Part shown: one piece after another, positions 9,636 through 20,289 of the stretch
How positions within the stretch are numbered: position 1 is the stretch's first letter
How the letters are laid out: the number at the start of each line of letters is the position of its first letter
Sequence record: DRR378314_2505
Direction: 5' to 3' (one strand)
Length of the DNA: 42,575 nt
Made by a program: the position numbers and the translations under genes
Notes under the pieces: model-generated
Seen by the model: the letters and a program-made list of their open reading frames with translations, nothing else
What the model was told of the DNA's origin: nothing
Database searches by the model: none

Positions 9636-10694
9636 TTACTTCTTCAGCTGACCGCTGTCCACCAGCTGCTGGAAGAATTCGTTCAGGGACTGGTCCAACG
9701 GGCGGTACTGGATGCCGAGCTGCTCGCGGCTACGGCTGTTGTCGGCTCGCCACGGGAGATTGACGTTACGGCTGACGAACTTGCGGGTGAGGGTTTTGTT
9801 CACCACGGGCCCGACCAGCCACACGGCGGCCTTGGGCAGGGTGCGCTTGGGGATCGGGTATTTCTTGCCGAAGCGGCGGCGCAGCACGGCGGCCATCTCC
9901 GGGAAGTCGGTGTCATGGCCGGAGAGGATATAGCGGCCATTGGCTTCAGGCAGGTAGGCGGCGCGCAGATGCGCTTCGGCCACCTCACGCACGTCCACCA
10001 CGCCGATGCCCACATCGGGCACGCCGGGCTTCGCGGTGCCATCGCCGAACTGACGCAGAATATCGAAACTTTCCGAGGTGGCGTTCGGGTTAATACCCGG
10101 CCCCACCACCAGGGACGGATTGATGGTGACCAGATCCCAGCGGTCCTGGGCGTCGGCGATTTTCCAGCCTTCTTTTTCCGCCACGGTCTTGGAGTAGGCG
10201 TAGGGCTGATGGCTCAGGGACGAACTGGTGTTCCAGTCCGCTTCGGTGAACACGCCGTTGGTGGTGTGCTTCAGGTCCGCGTTGTCGCCGTAGATCGCCG
10301 CGCAGCTGCTGGTCAGCACCACCCGCTTCACGGACGGGGGGTCGTTGACGGTTTCCAGCACATTGCGGGTGCCCAGCTGCGCCGGTTCCACCAGCTCTTT
10401 CTGCGGGTCCTTCACCGTGGTGGTGAACGGCGACGCGGTGTGAAACACCACCGAACAGCCGGCCATGGCTTCCGCGTAGGAGCCGGGTGAGAGCAGGTCC
10501 GCCTTGAAGTAGCGGATAGTGCCCGGCGTCTTTTCGGCGATGGCGTTCAAATACTGAAGTTTGCGGCTGTCGTCCGGATTGCGCACCGCCGCGTGCACGG
10601 TGACGCCTTCCTCCAGCAGCCGCTCCACCAGTCGTCCGGCCACATAGCCGGTGGCGCCGGTGACCATCACCGGCGTGCTCGTATCGATTTGCAT
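9636..10694 (-). CDS. NAD-dependent epimerase/dehydratase (aldehyde/dihydroflavonol reductase-like)
   Basis: TGATGYVA, HTASP, TSS, YAYSK (YxxxK). Confidence 0.9.
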   Translation of the reverse strand: MQIDTSTPVMVTGATGYVAGRLVERLLEEGVTVHAAVRNPDDSRKLQYLNAIAEKTPGTIRYFKADLLSPGSYAEAMAGCSVVFHTASPFTTTVKDPQKELVEPAQLGTRNVLETVNDPPSVKRVVLTSSCAAIYGDNADLKHTTNGVFTEADWNTSSSLSHQPYAYSKTVAEKEGWKIADAQDRWDLVTINPSLVVGPGINPNATSESFDILRQFGDGTAKPGVPDVGIGVVDVREVAEAHLRAAYLPEANGRYILSGHDTDFPEMAAVLRRRFGKKYPIPKRTLPKAAVWLVGPVVNKTLTRKFVSRNVNLPWRADNSRSREQLGIQYRPLDQSLNEFFQQLVDSGQLKK

Positions 10695-10805
10695 AATCGG
10701 CCTCTTTTCCAAGTCAGAGGCCATCATGGCGGGGCGCAACAGCCGTGTAACGGGCCTTTCGTGCCAAACAAGGTGGACATTAGGTAACCCGGCGCGCCAC
10801 GGGGT

Positions 10806-11156
10806 TCACTCGTGCTGCAGAATATTGAGCAGCTTGCCGAACGGGTCGCGCACGTAGAAGCGACGCACGCCCCAGGGCTCGCTGACCGGCCCGTACTCAA
10901 TCGGCACACCGGCCTGCTTGAACCGGGACAAGGCACCTTCCAGATCGTCCACCTCAATGGACAGATCAGGGACCGGCGTGCCCGAACCGCCCTCGGACCC
11001 GAAGCTGACCTGCACCATCATGGTTTCATGGGAGCCATAGGTGCGGAACCAGCCGTGGTCCATTAGCCGTTCCAGGCCCAGAATCTCGCCGTAAAAGCGG
11101 TCGGCTTTGTCCAGATCGGAAGTGGCCGTGTTGGCCATGATGCGTTTCACTTTCAT
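10806..11156 (-). CDS. VOC/glyoxalase family protein
   Basis: FYGEILGL, LSIEVDD, EPWGVRRFYVRDPFG. Confidence 0.9.
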   Translation of the reverse strand: MKVKRIMANTATSDLDKADRFYGEILGLERLMDHGWFRTYGSHETMMVQVSFGSEGGSGTPVPDLSIEVDDLEGALSRFKQAGVPIEYGPVSEPWGVRRFYVRDPFGKLLNILQHE

Positions 11157-11240
11157 GGTGCACCTCGCGTGTCGCGCGTTCGTTCATCACTGCTAGACTC
11201 AGAGCGGTTATAACAGGCGGAGACACATGGTGGCACCCCT

Positions 11241-12458
11241 ATGGATTCGCTGATTTCAGCGGCGGCGCGGGCGCTGGCCGGCGGCGACCCGCTGCGTGCG
11301 CTGAACCAGATCGCGCTGCGCGACGACGCGCCGGCGCTGGCGTTGCGCGGCATCGCCATGGCGCAGCTCGGCGACCTGGCCCGCGCCCGGGCTCTGTTGC
11401 GCTGCGCCGCGCGAGCGTTCTCCCCACGGGAAACGGTGGCCCGCGCCCGCTGTGTGGTCGCCGAAGCGGAAGTGGCGCTCGCCGCCCGCGACCTGCACGC
11501 CTCGTCGAAGGCGCTGGACACCGCCCGGGAAACGCTGCAACGCCATGGCGATACCGTGAACGCCGCGCACGCGCGCTACCTGACGATTCACCGTCTACTG
11601 CTGATCGGCCGGCTCGACGAAGCGAAAGAGCAGCTGGAAGCGCTGCCCTGCGACACCTTACCACCTGCCCTTCAAGCCACCCACGGACTGGCCGCCGCCG
11701 GCATCGCATTACGCCGGCTCGACACAGGGACCGCGCGCGCAGCGCTGGACCAAGCCGGGCAAGCGGCGCGCCGCTCGGGCATTGCCGCACTCATCAACGA
11801 AGTGAACAAAACCGCTCGGGTGCTGCAGGCGCCGGCGGCGCGACTGGTGGCACGGGGTGACGAAAGACCAGTACGGCTCGATGACGTGGAAACGCTGTTC
11901 GCCTCGCCCAGCCTGGTGGTGGACGCCTGCCGCTACAGCGTGCGCCAGGCCAACACCGTCATCGAACTGGCGACGCGCCCGGTGTTATTCACCCTGGCGC
12001 GCACGCTGGCCGAAGCCTGGCCCGGCGACGCCCGCCGCGACACCTTGATCGAACGCGCCTTCCGCCTGCGCCAGGTGGAGGATTCCCACCGCGCCCGCCT
12101 GCGCGTGGAAATCGGCCGGCTGCGCAAAGCGCTACGCCCGCTGGCCCGGCTGCACGCCACCCGTCACGGCTTCAAGCTGGAGCCGCTGACCGGCGATGTC
12201 GCCGTGCTGGCCCGGCCGGTGGAAGACAAGCACGCGCCGATACTGGCGTTTCTTTCCGACGGTGAAGCCTGGTCCAGCTCCGCCCTGGCGCTGGCGCTCG
12301 GCACCAGCCAGCGCACCGTGCAACGGGCGCTGGACGCCTTGGCGAACGCCGGCAAAGTGGAAGCCATAGGGCAAGGCCGCGCGCGCCGCTGGGTGGCGTC
12401 GCCGGTGCTCGGATTCACGACAACCTTGTTACTCACCGCGCCACTGCCGGGCGGCTAG
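11241..12458 (+). CDS. Helical-repeat + winged-HTH DNA-binding protein
   Basis: Ala-rich TPR-like N-terminus, LRVEIGRLR OmpR-like wHTH, C-terminal HTH (SSSALALALGTSQRTVQRAL). Confidence 0.75.
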   Translation: MDSLISAAARALAGGDPLRALNQIALRDDAPALALRGIAMAQLGDLARARALLRCAARAFSPRETVARARCVVAEAEVALAARDLHASSKALDTARETLQRHGDTVNAAHARYLTIHRLLLIGRLDEAKEQLEALPCDTLPPALQATHGLAAAGIALRRLDTGTARAALDQAGQAARRSGIAALINEVNKTARVLQAPAARLVARGDERPVRLDDVETLFASPSLVVDACRYSVRQANTVIELATRPVLFTLARTLAEAWPGDARRDTLIERAFRLRQVEDSHRARLRVEIGRLRKALRPLARLHATRHGFKLEPLTGDVAVLARPVEDKHAPILAFLSDGEAWSSSALALALGTSQRTVQRALDALANAGKVEAIGQGRARRWVASPVLGFTTTLLLTAPLPGG

Positions 12459-12489
12459 GATGGCCTGAACCTAAAAGGAGGACATCACC

Positions 12490-13122
12490 ATGAAACAGTC
12501 ACAAGCACGAATCACCCGCGAGTACGGCCCCTTCCCCGGCGCGTCAACGGTGGGCGGCGTGGACTACGACGGCCGTTACGTCTGGCTGGCCACCGGCGAC
12601 AAGCTCCAGGCCCTGGACCCGGCCAGCGGTGAAATACAACAAACACTGAACGTGGCGGCGGACGCCGGCACCGCCTTCGACGGCACCCACCTCTACCAGA
12701 TCGCCGAAAAGCAGATCCACAAAATCGACCCGAAGACCGGCGATATACTCGCCAGCCTGCCGGCCCCCGGCGACGGCGAGGACTCCGGCATGGCCTGGGC
12801 GGAAGGCTCGCTGTGGGTCGGCCAGTACCGGAAACGAAAGATTCATCAAGTGGATCCGGAAACCGGCGCCGTACTGCGCACTCTGGAGTCCGACCGCTTC
12901 GTCACCGGCGTGACCTGGATCAACGACGAACTCTGGCACGGCACCTGGGAAGGCGACGACGCCGACCTGCGGCACATTGATTCGCAGACCGGCGACGTGC
13001 TCGAGCGCATCGACATGCCCGAAGGCGTGCATGTATCCGGGCTGACCTACGACGGCAACGGGCTTTTCTATTGTGGTGGCGGCCCCACTGGGAAAGTCCG
13101 CGCTGTCGCCCGGCACGGGTAG
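12490..13122 (+). CDS. Glutamine cyclotransferase-like beta-propeller protein
   Basis: Repeated GxxxDG..W/Y......IDPxTG blades; AAGGAGG RBS. Confidence 0.7.
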   Translation: MKQSQARITREYGPFPGASTVGGVDYDGRYVWLATGDKLQALDPASGEIQQTLNVAADAGTAFDGTHLYQIAEKQIHKIDPKTGDILASLPAPGDGEDSGMAWAEGSLWVGQYRKRKIHQVDPETGAVLRTLESDRFVTGVTWINDELWHGTWEGDDADLRHIDSQTGDVLERIDMPEGVHVSGLTYDGNGLFYCGGGPTGKVRAVARHG

Positions 13123-13197
13123 CAGTGCAATGAAATGGGTTCAGGTTGAGCTGGGCCCGTTACAGGAGGCGGAGCCGCCGGGGCGCTAGGCGGCCAG

Positions 13198-14076
13198 CTA
13201 CGCCGTCTGGTCGTTAACCTGCTTGCGGTCTTTTACCGGCGGCAGGCCGAACATCCGCGCGTATTCGCGAGTAAACTGCGGCACGCTGGCGTAGCCGACA
13301 TCGAACGCGGCGCGGCTGGCGCTCTTGCCCTCCGCCAGCATCAGTCGGCGCGCTTCGATCAAACGCAGCTGCTTCTGAAACTGCAGCGGCGACACCATGG
13401 TGACCGCGCGGAAATGCTGGTGGAAGGCGGACCGGCTCATGCCGGCTTCCCTGGCCAGCCGCTCAATGGTCAGCGGCTGCGCATAGTCTCGGCGCAGTAT
13501 CGCCACGGCCCGCGCGATGCGCCGAACACGGCCGTTCGGCGGGCCGAGCCGCCGAATCGCTTCACCCTGCTCGCCGAGCAGCAGCCAATAGTGGATCTCG
13601 CGCACCAGCGACGTGCCCAGCACCGCCAGCGAAGCGGGGCGATCCAGCAGCCGCACCAGCCGGAGCACGGCATCACGAAGGTGGTTATCGATAACGGCGG
13701 GCGTTTCCAGAGCGGGCTGTTCAGCACCGTCGATCGCCGCATCCAGCTCCGCAATCACCGACGGATCCAAGTTCAGCGCAAACGCCAGGTAGGGCCTGGC
13801 GATGCTGGCCTCACTGATGCGGCTGACTGTGGGCATCGCGGCCGGAACGATCATTGAATCCCCAGATGCAAAGCTGAGGTCCCGGTTGCCGATGGTGACC
13901 TGCTTGCTTCCCTGCAACACCAGACACACCAGCGGGCTGGCGATGGTGTGCTCCAGCCCTCCGGGGACAGTACCACGCACCAGAAACAGCCCCGGCACCG
14001 GCGTCGGGGCGATCCCCGCCGCGTCGGCGTGGGTTCGGGTGTAGTGATCTACGGCTTGGCGCAAGGCATCGGACAT
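13198..14076 (-). CDS. AraC family transcriptional regulator (AraC_N type)
   Basis: LVLQGSK, AGMSRSAFHQHF, SPLQFQKQLRL, VGYASVPQFTREY. Confidence 0.92.
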   Translation of the reverse strand: MSDALRQAVDHYTRTHADAAGIAPTPVPGLFLVRGTVPGGLEHTIASPLVCLVLQGSKQVTIGNRDLSFASGDSMIVPAAMPTVSRISEASIARPYLAFALNLDPSVIAELDAAIDGAEQPALETPAVIDNHLRDAVLRLVRLLDRPASLAVLGTSLVREIHYWLLLGEQGEAIRRLGPPNGRVRRIARAVAILRRDYAQPLTIERLAREAGMSRSAFHQHFRAVTMVSPLQFQKQLRLIEARRLMLAEGKSASRAAFDVGYASVPQFTREYARMFGLPPVKDRKQVNDQTA

Positions 14077-14206
14077 GCCCCATTGTTATCCAGTGTCGGC
14101 TCCGGGTATAGGCATCCAGGACAATCAGGCAAAAACGAGCGTGTTTTAAGCATCCTACGTTGCCCGCCTCCGACTACCGTATAAACCTCAGCAACGGGAG
14201 AACACC

Positions 14207-14620
14207 ATGACCGATAACGCCACCCGCAATCCGGGACCGACCCCGCAACCACAGCCGATAGCCGCCCGCCCTCACCGGGGCGTCGAGGTCTCCGGACAGG
14301 ACGGCGAAGAAGGCCGTAAAGCCTTCTACATCCACATCGAAGCACTGCCCGGCAAGGAGAACGAGGTAATCCGCATGCTCGAGGACATTCTGGGGTGCGT
14401 GCAAGACGAACCCGCCACCGGACCCTGGTATGCCGTACGCTATTCGCGGTCGACCTTCGGCATCTTTGAAGTCTTCCCGAGCCGCGCCGGCCGCCAAGCG
14501 CATGTGGAAGGGGGCGGCGGCGAGATATTCCGGGACGTGGCGCGGATGAACGACATTCTGGCGCGCCCGGCGCATGTGCACCGCCTCGATGTACTAATGA
14601 GCAAAGAGGTATTCGCCTGA
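14207..14620 (+). CDS. Antibiotic biosynthesis monooxygenase (ABM) family protein
   Basis: EALPGKE, EPATGPWYA, FGIFEVF, GRQAH; divergent from AraC. Confidence 0.75.
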   Translation: MTDNATRNPGPTPQPQPIAARPHRGVEVSGQDGEEGRKAFYIHIEALPGKENEVIRMLEDILGCVQDEPATGPWYAVRYSRSTFGIFEVFPSRAGRQAHVEGGGGEIFRDVARMNDILARPAHVHRLDVLMSKEVFA

Positions 14621-14634
14621 TCCCGGGCGGTACT

Positions 14635-15330
14635 CTAGCGACGCCGGGCGAACCAGGCGCGAATCAACCCGGCCTGGAAGAAGGTTCGTGGCGCCTCGAA
14701 GCCGCCGGCCCGCAGAATGGCCTCGACCTGGTCGGACGGCAGCACGGCCACATCCTTGGCGTAGGTGGCTTTCATCCGGCGCAGCCCTTCGTCGCTGACG
14801 TCCGTGGGGGTGATGGTTCGCTGCCAGACGCGTAGTAAATCGTCGTAACCTGGCGCGTCCTGCTCGGTGGACAAATCAGAACTGGCCAGCATGCCACCCG
14901 GCACCAATCGCTCGGCGATCTGTTCGAAGAACGCCGAGCGCGCCGTTTGATCCAGGATGAACTGCGATACCAGAAAGCTGGTGGCGGCCTGGTAAGACGC
15001 ACCGGCCGGTAACGAATCCAGGTAGCCTTCATGGAATTCGCACCGCTCGGCGATGCCCGCCTCGTCAGCCCGGCGCCGGCACACGTCCAACATGCCACGG
15101 GCCGGTTCCACCGCGGTGAACCGCCAGCCGGGAAAGCGATGGGCCAGATGCAGAATCTCACTGCCGGTGCCGGCGCCCACGCAAAGAATCCTGGCGTCCT
15201 CAGGCAACGCCGCGAACACGGACTCCAAGAGGAAGTACAGGCATTGGTTGATCGGCGCGGTTCTTTCCCACTGCTTGTCGTAGCCCGGCGCCATCTGGTC
15301 AAACAGGGCTTTCAGTTCGTTGTCGTTCAC
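14635..15330 (-). CDS. Class I SAM-dependent methyltransferase
   Basis: ILCVGAGTG motif I, AVEP, LVPGG; GTG start. Confidence 0.88.
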   Translation of the reverse strand: MNDNELKALFDQMAPGYDKQWERTAPINQCLYFLLESVFAALPEDARILCVGAGTGSEILHLAHRFPGWRFTAVEPARGMLDVCRRRADEAGIAERCEFHEGYLDSLPAGASYQAATSFLVSQFILDQTARSAFFEQIAERLVPGGMLASSDLSTEQDAPGYDDLLRVWQRTITPTDVSDEGLRRMKATYAKDVAVLPSDQVEAILRAGGFEAPRTFFQAGLIRAWFARRR

Positions 15331-15341
15331 TGACTACCCTC

Positions 15342-15917
15342 TCAACCGAACGGGCGCACGCCGATCAGAGCGCCGTGCAGCCAGAAGGCGAACAGCGCCC
15401 AGGCAAGCACGCCCACCACCACCGTGATGATGTCGCCCTTGAGCGTCCCCGGCGCGTAAGTCACGCCCTGGGCGCGGTCACGGCGGCGCAGTTTGGCGAA
15501 GGCCACGATCGCCCACACCAGGAAGGCGCCGAACAACACCACGTCGTGCAGCAAGCCGATGGACAGCAAGTGGCCGAACGCCCACACCTTGGTGCCCACC
15601 ACCATGGGGTGGCCGATGCGGGCACGCAGGCGGTTGCCGGGCACGTAGGCGGCGGCCAGCAAAACGAACGCCACCAGGGTGAACAACGCATTCAGGTGGC
15701 CCAGCCACGCCGGCGACGTGTACAACACCATCGGGGCCAGCCGGGCCCGCTGGAAGCCGAGAATAATCAGCACGAAACCGGCCAGGGCGATCAGGCTGTA
15801 GAGCCCTTTCCAGGGCAGCAGGCCCATACTGTCCACGCGGCGCTGCCGCCATTCCGGGGCGAAGCCCACGCAGTGAATACCCAGGAAAATCAGCAAACCG
15901 AGAATCAGCATTATCAT
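15342..15917 (-). CDS. NnrU family membrane protein
   Basis: LGLLIFLGIH, YSLIAL, HPMVVGTKVWAFGHLL, LHGALIGV. Confidence 0.85.
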   Translation of the reverse strand: MIMLILGLLIFLGIHCVGFAPEWRQRRVDSMGLLPWKGLYSLIALAGFVLIILGFQRARLAPMVLYTSPAWLGHLNALFTLVAFVLLAAAYVPGNRLRARIGHPMVVGTKVWAFGHLLSIGLLHDVVLFGAFLVWAIVAFAKLRRRDRAQGVTYAPGTLKGDIITVVVGVLAWALFAFWLHGALIGVRPFG

Positions 15918-15994
15918 TGTTGTGTGTCTCCGTGCGCGAAAGGGGTGGCCCTATAGTGCCGCAATCCGGACGACGGGAACATGACCCGCAGCCG

Positions 15995-16549
15995 TTACGC
16001 CTCGGCCTCCGGCGCTTTCAGGGCCTTGCTGTAGAACCCGGACGGATCGAAACAACACACCCGCTTTTCGCCGGACGCCAGCTTGTCCAAGGCGTCGTTG
16101 ATCCGCTTGGCGCGGGTCTTCGCCTGCTTGGCGGTGACCACCCAGTGAACCCAGTCCACCCGCGCCAGGGTGGTGGTGGCTTCCCAGGTGGCAAGGGCGT
16201 CGGGCGACGCCTGCAACGCTTGCCGCAGATCTTCAGGCACCTCTGGTTCCGGCTCCCGCACCACGGGCGCGATCCCGAACTCGGCAACGTCGCCCGGCGC
16301 GGTGTGGGACGCGGCCATCAAGGCCTTGTCGATGCGCAACCAATGGCTCTTCCGGCCGTCCGGCTCCAGCAACAGAGCATTAAAGGGCTGGCCGTTGAGG
16401 GTGCCGTCCACGGAAGTGCGGCCACGCCGGGGCAGCTTGGCACTGGCCTCCTTGGGCAGCACCACGAAGGCCCAGTCTTCGCCGTCACCCGGCTTTTTCG
16501 GGCGAAGCAATTTGGCGCTGAACGTGGAGCGGGTTTCTTTATTCGCCAT
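15995..16549 (-). CDS. DUF1905 + YdeI/OmpD-associated domain protein
   Basis: VDGTLNG, VPEDLRQAL, WVVTAKQAKTRAKRI. Confidence 0.8.
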   Translation of the reverse strand: MANKETRSTFSAKLLRPKKPGDGEDWAFVVLPKEASAKLPRRGRTSVDGTLNGQPFNALLLEPDGRKSHWLRIDKALMAASHTAPGDVAEFGIAPVVREPEPEVPEDLRQALQASPDALATWEATTTLARVDWVHWVVTAKQAKTRAKRINDALDKLASGEKRVCCFDPSGFYSKALKAPEAEA

Positions 16550-16639
16550 CGTCCATTACAGCCTTTCGATTTGGAGGGGTGCTTCGAAGCGTGCCAGAAG
16601 CACGGTCACTGTTCTACCGGCACCGTCACTGTCCCGACC

Positions 16640-16867
16640 TTACCTCAGCTTGCGGTAAACCCGACCGCCGTCTTTCTTTTCTCCGGTGTCCTCGATGCCC
16701 TGGAAGCGGCCCTGCCGGACCAGCCTCAGAAAGTCGTTGCCGAGCTTAACGCGATCACCGATGTACAGCTCACCCCAACCCCGGCCGTAGATCTCCGGGA
16801 AATGGAACAGGCCGGGCGCCTGTTCGCGTAGCGTCCGTTCCAGCCGCTTCTGTAACGCCGTGTCCAT
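16640..16867 (-). CDS. Small DUF1413-like protein
   Basis: MDTALQ...EIYGRGW...RVKLGNDF...VYRK; AAGGAG RBS. Confidence 0.6.
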   Translation of the reverse strand: MDTALQKRLERTLREQAPGLFHFPEIYGRGWGELYIGDRVKLGNDFLRLVRQGRFQGIEDTGEKKDGGRVYRKLR

Positions 16868-17003
16868 GAAAACACTCCTTTGCGATCGTGGCCGGTGATG
16901 AGGGTCATTGAAACGCCGGCGCGGACCGGTGGGCAAGCGCACCAAGACGCTAGTGCCGGGCCGGCTTTCTATGCTTTCCTGGTGACTCATAACAGGAGCG
17001 AAC

Positions 17004-18245
17004 ATGGCCCGCGATATTCTGGTTCTGGGCGCCGGCATGGTCGGCGTCTCCACCGCCTGGCACCTGCTGCAACGCGGCCACCGGGTTACCCTGGTGGACC
17101 GCAACGCGCCGGGGCGCGAGACCTCGTTCGGCAACGCCGGCATCATCCAGCGCGAGGCCGTGCGGCCCTACCGCTTCCCGCGCGATCTGACCACGCTGAC
17201 CCGGGTGCTACCCAACCGGCGGGTGGATATCCGCTATCGACCCTCCGGCATGGCGCAAGCCGCGCTGCCCCTGTTTCAGTACTGGCGCAATTCGGCGCCG
17301 GAGCGCTACGCGCGCATCGTCCCGGAATACGCGGCGCTGATCACCCGGGCGCGGGATGCCCACGCGGCGATGATCGACGCCGCCGGCGCCGACGACTTGA
17401 TTCGTCAGGAAGGCTACCTGGAAGTGTTCCGCACCGCCGACGCCTTCGACGCGGAATGCCGGCAGGCGGAACAGGACGCCGACGAGTACGGCGTCACCCA
17501 CGACATTCTGGATAGCGACACGCTTGCCCAACGGGAGCCGGACCTGGCGCCCCGCCTCGCCGGCGCCATCCACTGGACCCAGCCCTGGACCGCCACCGAC
17601 CCCGGCGCCCTGGTGGCCGCCTACGCCGACCACTTCCAGCAACAGGGCGGACGCTTCGTCCAGGCGCCACTGGAAACGCTGTCGCGCCACGGCAACGGCT
17701 GGCAGGCCGTGGCCGGCGGGGACACGTTCTTCGCCGAGCAGGTGGTGCTGGCCCTCGGCCCCTGGTCCACGCAATGGCTCGACCAACAGCGCCTGCATGT
17801 GCCGCTGTTCGTGAAACGCGGCTACCACATGCACTACGGCGCCCGCGACAACGCCCGCCTGCGCCACTGGCTGATGGACTCCGAAACCGGCTACCTGCTC
17901 GCCCCCATGCGCGCCGGCATCCGCCTCACCACAGGCGCCGAGCTGGCCCGCCACGACGCCCGGCCCCACTACCGGCAACTGGCCGCCGCCGAAGCCGTCG
18001 CCCGCACGCTCTTCCCTCTGGGCGACCGGCTCGACCCGCAACCCTGGATGGGCGCCCGCCCCTGCACGCCGGACATGAAGCCGGTGATCGGCCCGGCCCC
18101 CGGCCTGCCGGGCCTGTGGCTGGCCTTCGGGCACGGGCATCAAGGCTTCACCATGGGGCCGATTACCGGCAAGTTGCTCGGGCAAATGATGGATGGGGAA
18201 ACGACGGACGTGGATATGGCGCCCTATCGGGCGGATCGGTTTTAA
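17004..18245 (+). CDS. FAD-dependent D-amino acid dehydrogenase family oxidoreductase
   Basis: GAGMVG, TSFGNAG, KRGYH, GARP, FGHGHQG. Confidence 0.9.
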   Translation: MARDILVLGAGMVGVSTAWHLLQRGHRVTLVDRNAPGRETSFGNAGIIQREAVRPYRFPRDLTTLTRVLPNRRVDIRYRPSGMAQAALPLFQYWRNSAPERYARIVPEYAALITRARDAHAAMIDAAGADDLIRQEGYLEVFRTADAFDAECRQAEQDADEYGVTHDILDSDTLAQREPDLAPRLAGAIHWTQPWTATDPGALVAAYADHFQQQGGRFVQAPLETLSRHGNGWQAVAGGDTFFAEQVVLALGPWSTQWLDQQRLHVPLFVKRGYHMHYGARDNARLRHWLMDSETGYLLAPMRAGIRLTTGAELARHDARPHYRQLAAAEAVARTLFPLGDRLDPQPWMGARPCTPDMKPVIGPAPGLPGLWLAFGHGHQGFTMGPITGKLLGQMMDGETTDVDMAPYRADRF

Positions 18246-18257
18246 GCGGCTGCCCTG

Positions 18258-18770
18258 CTATTTGACGCCGTCCAGGCTGGACAGGGCGGCGCCGGGTTGG
18301 CCGGCAATCACGCTGAAGGAGCCGTCGGTTTCCAGCACCACGGCGGCGACCTCGCCAAGGGCGCCGATGCCGGCGGAACGCACCGCCGCGTGTACTTCTT
18401 CCCGGGTCACCCGGGCGTCGCGCAGCGCGTCGTCGAGCATGGCGCCGTCGCGCAACAGCAGGCGCGGTTCGCCGGTGACGACCCGGCGCAGCCACGGCAT
18501 GCGCGTGCTCGACCAGGAAATGGCGAACTGCATGCCGATCAACAGCGCCAACGCCAGGAGACCCTCCGCCAGCGCCACGCTCTTGCTCAGCACGATGGTG
18601 GCCAGGGTCGAACCGATCGCCACCGTGACCACCAGATCAAAGGCGTTCATCTTCGCCAGCGTCCGCTTGCCGGACACCCGCAACATGAACACCAACGACA
18701 CATAGGCCAGCACGCCAATCAGCAGTGTGCGGCCCAGCACCGACCAGCCGTTGAAAAAGATCGCTTCCAT
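18258..18770 (-). CDS. DUF421 (YetF) membrane protein
   Basis: GKRTLAKMNAFD, AVVLETDGSFSVI. Confidence 0.85.
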   Translation of the reverse strand: MEAIFFNGWSVLGRTLLIGVLAYVSLVFMLRVSGKRTLAKMNAFDLVVTVAIGSTLATIVLSKSVALAEGLLALALLIGMQFAISWSSTRMPWLRRVVTGEPRLLLRDGAMLDDALRDARVTREEVHAAVRSAGIGALGEVAAVVLETDGSFSVIAGQPGAALSSLDGVK

Positions 18771-18840
18771 ACCGAATTACTCCCTGTGCGGCGAACCAAC
18801 GCAGCATGGCAGTCATCCGGCCGGATAGCGAACGGGGGAC

Positions 18841-19233
18841 TTACTGGACGCGGTAGAGCCCGCAAAGCTTATTGCCGTCCGGGTCGAGTACGTAGCTGAG
18901 GTGCATGGCGCCCATGGCGCTTTCGCGCAGGCCCGGCGGATCTTCCACGGAGGTGCCGCCGTGGGCCACCGCCACGTCGTGCAGCTCTTTCACCTGTTCC
19001 GGGGAGTCGCACTTGAAGCCGATGGTGCCGCCGTTGGCGCCGGTGGCCGGCTGGCCGTTGAGCGGCTGGGTGATCGCCAGGGTGTTGCCGTCGTGGCGGT
19101 AGAACAGCCGCACGATGCCGGAAGCGGTCTCGTTACGGATCGGCTCGCCGGCGCCGAGCACGCCGAGTACCGCGTCGTAGAACCGCTTGGAACGTTCGAT
19201 ATCGTTGGAACCGATCATGATGTGGTTGAACAC
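18841..19233 (-). CDS. VOC family protein
   Basis: GTG start after AGGGAG; FNHIMIG, RSKRFYDAVL, NGGTIGF, YVLDPDGNKL. Confidence 0.88.
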   Translation of the reverse strand: MFNHIMIGSNDIERSKRFYDAVLGVLGAGEPIRNETASGIVRLFYRHDGNTLAITQPLNGQPATGANGGTIGFKCDSPEQVKELHDVAVAHGGTSVEDPPGLRESAMGAMHLSYVLDPDGNKLCGLYRVQ

Positions 19234-19282
19234 GTGGTTTCTCTCCCTTTTTTGCCGCCGGCGTTGTGCCGGCTTCATTGTT

Positions 19283-20200
19283 TTATTCGCTGGATGGCGC
19301 AGGCCCGTTGTACGCGCCTTCGTCCTCCACCGCCAGCAACGCCAGCAGGGCCCGGGTGGCGGGTGAGGCGGTCTTTGGCCACACCACGCGCACCGAACGC
19401 TGGGGCGCATTGTCCACCCGCCGGGTGCTGACGTCCGTCAATTGGTGGGACAGGCTTTGCGGAATCAACCCCACCGCCAGCCCCTGGCGCACGATCGCCA
19501 CCAGGTGCTGCACGGTGCTCACCTCGAACTGGACGTTATATTCCAGCCCCTGGGCGGCGAAGGCCTCCGCGGACTGGCGATGCGCACTGCTGCCCACGGG
19601 GAAATCCACCACCGGGCAGGACGCCAGCTGGCCCAGGGTCACCGTGTCGTGGGCGGTCAGCGGATGGGACGGCGACATCAGCGCCACCAGCTCTTCGTTA
19701 CACAGCGACCGGCTACAAAGGCTACTGGGTACCGTCTCGCCCGGCCAGACGCCGATAAACGCCACATCCAGACGGCGCTCCTCCAGTTTGGCCAGCATCT
19801 TCTCACTGCCCTCCATGACCAGCTCCACACGCACATGCGGGAAGCGGCGGTGAAAGCGCGCCAGCAGCTCGATCGGGTCCGGACTGGTGAGCGTGGAGAT
19901 GGTGCCCATGGAAAGGCGCCCGCGCACCTCGCCGGTGGACGCTACCACCTCATCGGTGATGCGCTGCACGGCTTCCAGCGCCTGGCGCCCCTGCTGAACG
20001 AACACCCTGCCCGCCTCGGTCAGACGCACCGAGCGGGAGTTGCGCTCAAACAGCGTCACGCCCAGCTCGCTTTCCAGTTGGGCGACCTGATGGCTGAGCG
20101 CGGACTGGACCGTATGGCACTGTCGGGCGGCACCGGTGAAACTGCCGGCATCGGCCACCGCCAGCACATACTCCACCTGCTTCAGCTTCATGGCATGCAT
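19283..20200 (-). CDS. LysR family transcriptional regulator
   Basis: GSFTGAA...QSALSHQVAQLESELGVTLFER...LTEAG. Confidence 0.92.
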   Translation of the reverse strand: MHAMKLKQVEYVLAVADAGSFTGAARQCHTVQSALSHQVAQLESELGVTLFERNSRSVRLTEAGRVFVQQGRQALEAVQRITDEVVASTGEVRGRLSMGTISTLTSPDPIELLARFHRRFPHVRVELVMEGSEKMLAKLEERRLDVAFIGVWPGETVPSSLCSRSLCNEELVALMSPSHPLTAHDTVTLGQLASCPVVDFPVGSSAHRQSAEAFAAQGLEYNVQFEVSTVQHLVAIVRQGLAVGLIPQSLSHQLTDVSTRRVDNAPQRSVRVVWPKTASPATRALLALLAVEDEGAYNGPAPSSE

Positions 20201-20289
20201 CTCGAAAAACGATAGTTGGCATCATAATAATACATTTGCCCGATGACACCGAGTCGCCGACACTTCCCGCCTCACCGGAAGGAGGCACC